A stretch of 64,000 bases of DNA from assembly GCA_040285825.1 (NCBI GenBank), contig JAUPSS010000003.1:3348001-3412000 (forward strand). The letters are read 5' to 3'. A program made the position numbers and the translations under genes. The notes under the pieces are model-generated. The model saw only the letters and a program-made list of their open reading frames with translations. It had not been told where the DNA came from and did no database searches. Every line of letters begins with the position of its first letter. Positions within the stretch are counted from its first letter, which is position 1. This DNA comes from Eukaryota sp. TZLM1-RC. Lineage: Eukaryota > Protista > Metamonada: BaSk clade. This document shows, piece after piece, positions 45,440 to 55,600 of this stretch.

Positions 45440-46440
45440 GATAAACTTGGAGCAACACATGCATCAGGTCTTCGTAAAAGAAATTTTGCTCTTGCTGATG
45501 ACCTCAATTTATTTGGAAGATCAGAATCATCTGTCCTCTTGCTCTCCCAAATATTATTTTCTGGTCTCGAATGGGCTAATTCTATATGCCCAACTGTAAA
45601 AAAGTTTGGTGCTTTCTGTTATTAAAAAATATAACCAAAATAACCACAAATTTACAATAACCAATCCGTTTTTAAGATTTAATAATTTCGAACTTCCTAT
45701 GTTGCCAAACAAAGAGATCGGTTTCAGGGGTTTAGGTAAACAATACCCAGAAGATGGTTGTAATGCCCTTAGTATTTCCAATGATGTTTTGTCAACGATT
45801 GAAGATACGATAAATCATCTCCAGAATCATTATCATTATTACCCACTATGAGGGCCAGAAAATTGAATTACGTGTTCCATAATATTTACTTTGGTACATG
45901 AATTACCTTGCACATCTATTGCAGCTACTATTACATCGCTACTCAGTAGAACGGTGAAATCATGGCTATGAGTCACTAGAACTATTTTAATTGGATGATG
46001 TATTTACCCAAATGTAAGGGTGTTCTTGGTTTTTCCGATCTTACCTTATTTTATAAAGAATGTAAAACTCAGAAATACCACATTTTGCAAAATTCTTTTG
46101 ATCCTGACTTGAGAAATTTATTTGAAAAAGTGTAACAAAAAAGATCTACTTGGAAATTTAAATTTAATTCAATAGAAAAATTGGAGAAATATTCTCTACT
46201 AGTTGAAGAAAGAAATCGATTGACAAATATCCGACTGCGCAAGAATAAACTATTTCCAAATTTAAAATTGATGAAATTCAATGAAGAATCGACACAATCA
46301 GGGTGTGTAAACAATAGACCTAAATGGGGACATGATTCAATTTTAAATAATTTTGGTAAGCTCTTACCTCCTTTCCAAGATAATTATGATGTTTACTGTG
46401 GTTGACCTTATCAAACAGATCATTATCCTTTGATTGTGAC
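45440..46440 (+). mobile_element. Highly decayed non-LTR retrotransposon of a different RLE clade
   Basis: Fragments FALADDLNL (RT), FRGLGK, and SGC..KWGHDSIL..DVY, which resembles the WRHDS(I/V)L pre-RLE motif. Confidence 0.5.
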
Positions 46441-46614
46441 CATAGGCGGGGGCTTAAAAGCACAAAAATTTGCTTAATTTGTCAGTATTTCACGTAAATT
46501 GCTAATAGGAAAATAGTTTTTTTATTAATAAAACGTATTACATATTAGATATATATGAAACCTAAACAAAGAGAAAAACTGTTGGTGTAGATTAAAAACA
46601 GTAAGTGGACAGTA

Positions 46615-49600
46615 TTACGAGTCAACAGATAAACATGCATTATTTAAATTAAATGCTTGATCTTCCCCGGAACTATCAAATTTGATTGTTGTAACTAAAC
46701 CCTCTCTGGTTTTGAAGGCATATAACGGTAGGAAAAGACCATCCTTGTGTTCTTGGTCATCCAACTGAAAAGACAAATAACAGCTTGGAAGAGGAGTCCA
46801 TTCGGGGTCATTGGGTAGGCATTTTGAAAGACTACCACTATTGAACATTGCACCTTGTAGTAAAAGATTAGTAACTTCAATAACAATAGACTGTTCAGAA
46901 AATTTTGGAGGATTCCAAGAAGAGATCAAGTGGAGCTTGTCTACAGTAACACCAAATTTTCGACTGGACTGTTGGCAAACACAATTTAAGAAAGTGATTG
47001 GGTTGAAGAAGGACCCAAGATCTACAATAAAACATGATGAATCAGAAACATTTAACTTGGACAAATCAACAAGATTTGATCTTTTCTTGGCCAAAATTTT
47101 CAAATATTCACTGGGAGACGAGCCAGATGACATCAACAGTGACCAATTATGAGGAACAGTATCAGAATTGATTGATGAGGTAATGTTTTTGAGCCTGGGG
47201 TCAGAAATGGTGATTTTTGATTCCACTAAAGACTTAATTTCTATCAAATCGGAAGAAACTTCATCACAGACACGTGACAAAAATGATAGTTCCCGCTGAA
47301 AGAAAAGTAAGACAGGAGAGTCTACTGCTAGGTTTTGATTTGCAAAAGGTCCAATCAAATCGAAATGATGCATTAGGTCGATCAAAGAACAAACATGCCG
47401 CAAAAGAGCATTAGCATCAAAATTGATTGACTGACCCTCAGATGATGTCATTGAGAGGTATTTAACTGTTGAAATAATTTGTTTCGATTCTACAGAAGAC
47501 TTTGCTAGTCCAGAGTTGGCAGCCAAATGCAGCAAATCAGTGGAAAATTCTGGAATTTTGGGAGAAATATCCTCTAAATAAGCAGAAATTGTAAAGTTTT
47601 TTGGATTTAAGGGGGGAAAATTGGAAAAATACTTTGCTTTTCCAGAAATTACCTCAGGATTGAACAACTTTTGTACCAAGCTATTGAGTAATGAGTAGTC
47701 GAAATTAGAATCGACACGGCTGCCATAAACCACGGTCATAAAAAGTCCTATCAAATAATTGATTGAAAGGTTGGAAACATTGGAAAATTTTCTTGAATGA
47801 TTAGAGATCACTTGACAAGCAGCTCGGATGTCAGAAGCAGAAAATTCAAAATTTTGAGTCCATCCTTGCGGGACAAAACGCAGTCTGGAAGTGATGATGG
47901 TGTGTAACCAACTGGAAAGAACAATCAATCTATTTGATTGATCATTTGATTGATCATTTTGAGCTGATGACGTCATTGCTGACACGCTATTTATAAAGTT
48001 GGTTTTGATACTAGTGGATGATTCAAAGGTAATTTTCTGAGAATTTAATATAATGTTCATATTGAATTGAGAGTGGAACTCAGTAGTAAGGATCAGCCTG
48101 AAATTATTATGCACTGACGACTCGGAAAGTGATGAAATCGATCGGTCAAGAGTGGTCAACCAATCAACAGCCAAATGTAAGTTTTTGATTAAAACCCAAT
48201 TTCCATTCTTTGAACCTTGTACTATTGAATTCAGAGCCAAATCAGCCTGTCCTTGTCCCATGGCAACTTCAATCAAATTTTGATTGATTGCAGATTCTCG
48301 AATTTGAGGTACAGGATCAGCTCCAGGAGTGGTCACAAACAGTAAAGTCTTGACCTTTCCTGGGCAATTTTGAACTAATGACGTTACTGATGGAGAAGAT
48401 TCGGAAACTCCAAGTACTTCACGGCAACTGGAAGCTACAAAAGAAGGAAAACGATCTGGTCGCAGGCAATAAATCAAAACCAATCGTTCAGAAAATTTGA
48501 TATTTCCAAACCTAGAAAATTCTTGTTCAGGACATGCCGAGTCCATCCAATCAAAAAAGATTGCTCTATCTCCAGTGATTGATTCAAACAAGGAAGGAAA
48601 GCAATCCTTTAAACGCGCCAAGGAACTATTAATTGCAGCGGAAAAATTGTTAAAAGTTAAATCAGATTGTTCACAGAAAGACAAGGAAGTTTCTGTTACA
48701 AACTTCCAATGATCATCACCAATCAAATTTGGATTGATGACTCTGATTAAATGGAGGTTGAAAACTAAGCGATCTTTTTGCAATAAACTACAAGAAACAA
48801 AGTCAAATATTTTCCTTGTGAGCGCTGAAATTACAATAGCAATTCTAGCTTTAGTTGATGAGGAAGGGGTTCTTGAAGTTTCTTCGAGAATCTGATTGAA
48901 AAGTTCAAAGTAGATTTGTAAAGAAAATCCATAAAACTTATTGACCTTGGTTAAATCGTTACAAGTAGAGAACAATCGAGAAGAATAAGCTGCCAGCTCC
49001 GCAAACACAACCCGCTCTTCGTCTAATTGGGCACGAAGTCTTTCACTTTCTTCTAGTGAACTTGTGACTTTGATGGAATTCTCTTTAGTTTTGTCGAGAG
49101 AAGAGATCAGCTCAGAATTCTCCAAAATATTGCCAGTTGACTGACTAAGTTGCAAAAGTAAATCATTTTCAACATTTACCAATTCAGTTTTTAGCTTTTC
49201 TTGACTTCTTAATAACTCCATCCTGCGGGACTCAAGCTCAGGATTTTCATTCCGGAGCACCATAACAAGCAACTGTTCTTCTAAACTGGCAGCAGAAACA
49301 CCAAAGGACACCATTGACAGAAAAGGTTTGATTGGAGTAGGTATCAAGGGGTTCATGGAGGGAGTAAAGAGATAAATTTTAAAATTTTCATTGAATTCGA
49401 CTGAGCGATCACCCAATTTGATTGATTTTCTTGAACCCACGGTGGCAACATCACCCCGTAATAAGGGAATTAACCAAGGCTCTACAGTATCAACATTGGT
49501 TACCAGCAAAATCTTGCCAAATCGAAGAGAAAGCTCAAGAATTGAAACAAACCTGGGATCGTGATAGTTGACTGTTTCAACGGGATTCTTGGACGATGAT

Positions 49601-52600
49601 GTGATGGTTTCCTGTAACCAATGAAATACCTGTCCAGAAGCATCCATAATGAAAGGAGTTCTCTCACTATTGGTGACACCTATAGCGTTTTCAATTGAAA
49701 TCGAATCAGTCGATATTCCACTTAATTGCCATTGAATGACATCTCTTTCAGAGAGCAAAATGTCATGCATATTGAAATTTTCATCCAATCCAAGTAGAGA
49801 TTTGTACTGATCTTGTAGTAAACCTCTTTCAGTTGGGGATGTGCAATTAGACAAGAAAGTAATGCAAGCGGCCGAATAAAGTGCTTGAAAGGGTAAATTT
49901 TCAATCAAAATTTTGAGTTCTTGAGCTCTACTCGACCACCTTCCATTTTCAGCCGAAAGTTTATCTAAAAGCTGGGTAGCCTTCTCAATAATGTCCTCTT
50001 GTTTTTTCAAGTTTATCTTCAAAGACTCAGCTTGAGACGTTTTTTCTGCAAAATCTCTTCTTAATTCTTCTATTTTTTCATCAAATTCTTTAACCGCATT
50101 ATTATATTCATCAAGTCTTTTCCTACTAACATTTAATTTGGAGGTAATTTCTTTCATTTCTTTAGTTAAAGGAGCTACTTGCAATAACACTTCAGAATAA
50201 GATATATTAGCCTTGACCCAAGCAGCTAATGGCGCCGCTGCCTGAGAAACACGTTGTATGACAGCAGGAGAAAAAGACTTTGCCTTCTTTGAGAGCAACT
50301 GTTTGACTGAAAGAGCAATTTGGGGGGTTATTGAGTCAGCATCAAAGTTCAAAATAACGTCCTTGACCTCTTTCTTTCCCAAGAATTTCTTCATTGACAC
50401 CCACGAAGTATCAGAATGTCCAAGAAGTTTCAAAACGCCTTCAAGTACATCAGCAATGGCTTCAGGAGGTTGCCGTAGTCCACGAATCTCGGCCAAATGA
50501 TCACTTCTAATCAATGTGACTTGCTTCTTCGCCGCATCAATCATAGGTTGAACAGAAGAGAGTTGCTCGGAAACAGATTCATTTCGTTGCTGCAGCATAT
50601 CTTCTTCCTTTGTCAACTCAGCCGCAAGGGTTTCTGCTTCTTTCTTCTGTTCACTAGCTTTGCCCATAGATATTTGGATTTGGACAAGGGCTTCATCAGC
50701 TTCGGCTTGTTTGACTGATAAAAGAGACTGTTGTTCAGCTGCTTGACTATTCAAGACTGCCACGTGATTAGTGGCGTCATCAATCTTTTGTAGTCCGGTC
50801 AAAAGTCTTGAGAGCTCCTCTTTGAATTGAGTCAACTTAGATCCATATATACCAGCAAAGCCATCAAATAGAGTGAAAAAGTAGCGAGGAGCAGAATACA
50901 GTGGATCGACTTTCTTGGCTGATAAATTTAACAATTGATTTCCAAGTTTAAGTAAATCTGAGGTGATTGAAATTTCTGAAAAAGTTGAATTATGTATCGA
51001 TGACACAATGTCGAACATAGAAGAGCTCAATAAAGATTTAGTATGGGAATGTGTGGAAAATTTGAACAGAGCTGGGAACCTTCCCAACAAAGTTTTGAAA
51101 TTTTCACTATTCGAATCTAGTGAAACCACAATCTTTAAATTTTCAATTAGTTGCTTCTTGAAAAACTCCGTGTGCTCCACAACATCATCACAACCTGACG
51201 CCAAATTCTTAACTTCATCATCTGTAAATAAGTAGAATAAACCCTGATTTAAAATTAAATGGTCTAAAAATTCCAAAATTTCAAGATTAATAAAGTCGGG
51301 ATTCTCAACAAATAAAACTGATCTTTGCTTATTCGAGATAATATTACCCACTAAAGAGCGCAATTCAGCTTTAAATCGTTTGACTGAATAACTTCTTGTT
51401 AATTGCAGAAAGACAATTGGATAATTCAAATGATAGCAGACTAATTGAACAACAGACCTTCTACCAAGTCCAGAAGGTCCTGAAACAACAAGACAAGAGC
51501 AAATTTTGGAGAATGTGGTGATGATGCTAGTGGAAACATGTGAAAACAAGTTCAAAACCTCAGGAGTAGGGATTAGCGAAATATTCCCTTCTTCTCTGTT
51601 GAAATTTTTAACCACTAGATTGAAATGGGCGGACAAGTTCTTGCTATCAACCATCATTGGATAATCAAAAGCACAACTCATTGGACAAAAGAATGGTAAT
51701 TCAGCAGGGTTTTCGATGGAAAATATTTCACAAACTTGAGAAAAAAATGATTTCCTAGAAGAATTGTCAACAATTCGACCACCAAAAACTTTTAATACCT
51801 CAAAAACAAGACATTTAACCAAATCTAAATCACCAACACTAATACCCTCACTGTACTTAACAAGGGATTCAACCAATAACTCCAAGATACAAGGTCCAAA
51901 TAAATGATTAATATGATCATAATTGTTGAAACACAAAGAATTGCACTTGTTCAGAACATTCAAGATTCCATCAATTACCCAGGAAGAAACATGGCCGATT
52001 TTGGCAGCGAAAAGTTCTCCGAGATAAACCTTAAGTGAATTGGTGGAAGGACTGTCTACAGTAAGGATCGAGCAGACAGAAAAGAGTCTGTCTGAGAGAG
52101 GAGATCTGAATTCAATCAATTCTGATTGGCTGGTACACGTCAACACGGTCAAAATCCCTTCTACTAGAATGAATTCTAAAGTTTGTGGATCATAAAATCC
52201 TTGGTAAGAAAGCAATTGACAGACAAAATTAACAACTTCAACACTGCCATACTTATCGGATTCAATTAAATCAACATTAGAAAGATAGAGAATGGTTTTA
52301 CAAGGTTTCTTTGGACGGAGAACTTTACCTCGGCTTGAATTAACAATGGAGCAATGAATTTTCAACACAGAAACAATATCGTTGGAGCCAAGATTAGATG
52401 AACAATTAATTTTAATAACAGAGTAACTTGCTTCTTCTTCAACAAGTTCCTTCACGGCCAAATTAAAACAAACTGTTTTGCCAGAAGACAAAGGACCATT
52501 AAGGATAAATGATTGATTTGATTTGATTAGAATTTTGATTAACTGAGAATAGAGACGAGAATGAGGGGTTATAATAACGTCATCCATGACATCTTTAATT

Positions 52601-55600
52601 GATTGATTGGTTAAACCGAAATTTTCATCACAATAGAGCTCACTTTCCGAAAAATCTTCAATTACTTTGAAATGACTGAACAATTCGCCCAATACTCTTC
52701 CTCTTACCTTGGATGCTACGAGTGATCCAATAAGGTGAACGACCATGAGAATCGCCCCTTGTCTGGTTCCGCAATAGGGTAAGGCTGACACAATGGAAGA
52801 AAGACAACAAGTGGGTTTGGATAAAACAAATGATTCTGAATATTTAAGAATTAACTGGGGTAGTTCATTAGCAATATCGAAATATTCACAATTATTTAAT
52901 GCTGAATGTTTGATTATACCATCCATAAGTTCCCTTGGGCCGGCAACTAAAATCATGCCCATTCGAGAAACAGTAGCTGGGGAAGCAAATTCTAGATCAG
53001 CTGTCTCAAAAATAAAATTGGTGTTCCGATCGAACTGGATACGTTCACCTGAAGGTAAGGTCAAGAGTTTATTATCATCTAACACAGAATTGAGAGCTTC
53101 AATCCATTCAGGATCTACATCACCATCCAGGACTATCCAAGACTTTGATTGCGAATTTGATTGACTGGTCACGTCACGAGCTGCCTTTATCAGCACCCCA
53201 TCTTCAAAATCCCTCGTATCATAGTCCATGTGTCCAAGTAGTAAACTTCGTTGCATTGCTTTGGGGTTGATGACGTGTATATTGACTGATTGTCCAATGA
53301 TTTTGAGCGCCCGATGAAGAATTTTCCAGATAACAGATTTACCACTTCCAGAAGGTCCAAGAACCACGACTCCAATTTTTTGCTCCAATGCTTTTTGCAA
53401 TTGTAATACCTTTTGCAATTGCTCATTAATCAATTCCAACCCCAACTCAGTGAATGATTGAAGAATAGCTTGTTCCATTTCGTTACTTGCAAGTGACCCA
53501 ATATCAATTTTTGAGAAGCAATCAACAACCAACTTCTCAAAAATAACCAGATCTTCGTTGGTGAGCTTTGAAACAACATTTAGTTTTAACGATTTAACTA
53601 CTAATTGTAATTCATCAAGTTCAGTCAACGTAGTGTCATCCCTTCTAGATTCGGTCAATAAGTTTCCAGCAGACCCCAGAACTCCCTTGACTGCACGAAG
53701 ACCCCAATCATAATGCTTCTGTTGAGAGAATAACACTTTTGATAAGGAGAAAAAGGAGACAATCTTTTTTGATAGATTTTGAGAGTGATTAAAGCCTTCT
53801 GCTTGAAGTAACACTTGGGTAATGATTTCAATATCAGGAGTAGACATTGCAATTGATCTGAACAGTGACTTTAAATTATCGGGCAGAACAGAACGACCTC
53901 CATAACCTTTTCCTGCTGGATTGAGGGTCACAAACACGGCTGAATTATGATCTACCGACACGTCATCATTAATGATCTTTACTTGATCTCTTTTTTCAAA
54001 TATTGCTGACTGAATTACTTGAATTTGTTGAGAAATTGCTGACAAAACATTGACATCAAGCCTATTGAATTCATCAAAACAACCCCAGGCCCCACAAAGT
54101 AATAGACCAGTAAATATTCTGGTCATTGACTTAAAATCAACTCCCTCGTCACAATTAAAAACCAAACACTGTCTGCCCAAAGCTTGAGCTAAAGCCTTTA
54201 CTGTTTCAGTTTTTCCTGTTCCAGCAGGACCAAATGGATTACCTCCCAGACCTAACTTCAGTGCCTGGGTAAGGGTGATGAAACACTTGACCGACAAGGG
54301 AGTGGTAACAAGTTTAGGAGTGTTCCCTTGATATTCAAAGGAGTAATTAAATTCAGCATCACAACATCTAGCTACAACTGAAGAGTTTGAGACGTAGAAA
54401 CGAAGTTGGGATTGCCACAACCAATCATTCACATCAATCACATTTGATTGTATGAGCTCCTTAACTACTGTTTGGTGATGAACACTATCCAAAACTAAAG
54501 CTTTAAGTTTTACTCTTTCGATAGAATTTTCCCCAAAACTATTCAAATTACGAGTGAGAGAGTCCAATTCCTGATTTAATTCAGATAATAGCGACTCCAA
54601 TGTCTTATGCATAATGGCATGCTCTACTTTTTGAGAAAACAAAATAGAATTAGCCAGGCACAAAACTTGAGAGGGAAAAACGTTAATATTCAACTCTTTC
54701 AAACACTTTAAGGTCATTTCTCTTAGTGTAGTTTTTGATACCTTAGAAACTTGGTCAAGCCAATCAGATGGAGTATCGGTTACTTTGATGGGTGATGTCA
54801 ACAACACTTCTTCTCCTTCTGCCGAGGAAAATGACGTGATCAGGGGATCAGAATTACCTTGACTTTCAATGTGAATATGATTAATTCCTTGGAACAGTTT
54901 TTTCAAATGGGGTTGTACAACATTGGGGTTATGATGAGCTTGGCCAATAATTTCTAGTAAATCATCATCCCCAACAAAGTAAAACTTTGGAAATGCTCTC
55001 CTTTTTTCATCAAGAAAGTTGAAAAGTTTCGATTGGCAGACCGATAGTTGGGACGACATTGCAGTAAGAATTGAAGTCAGATCAGGTTTTTTTAACAATG
55101 AAAAAACATACTGTTCGGCGGCAATTTCATTTAGAATACTGCAAAACTTCGAGTGAATTCTTTTAAAAGCACTCGTTTCTGAAGGCAAGGCATTTCGGAG
55201 AAGAACGGGTTGAAGTTGTGTCCATTTGCGCTGAACTTCCACCAAAAGAGTGACCAATTCGTTAATAACCAAAAGCTTTTGATCCCAGCCTTCGATTTGA
55301 GAACTAAAACTATGGTAGTACGACGAATCTTTTAAAGACAGTAGCAGAGCATCCTGGTCGCTAAGTTCCAATCTAAGCTTACACACATCTTTAATCAAAG
55401 AAATTTTAGTGTCGTCAACAGCAGAAACACTTTGAAACTCGAAACAAACTTCATTAGCCCAAACAGAAATTTCTTGCAGGGCTTCCCTGATTGTAACTTC
55501 TCCAATTGCTCTGGCCAAAAGGTTCTTGATACGCTCTTCATTAGCAGAAAGGTTATCAAGTCTTTCAAGTATATCAGAAAATAGTAATTCACTTGCTTTT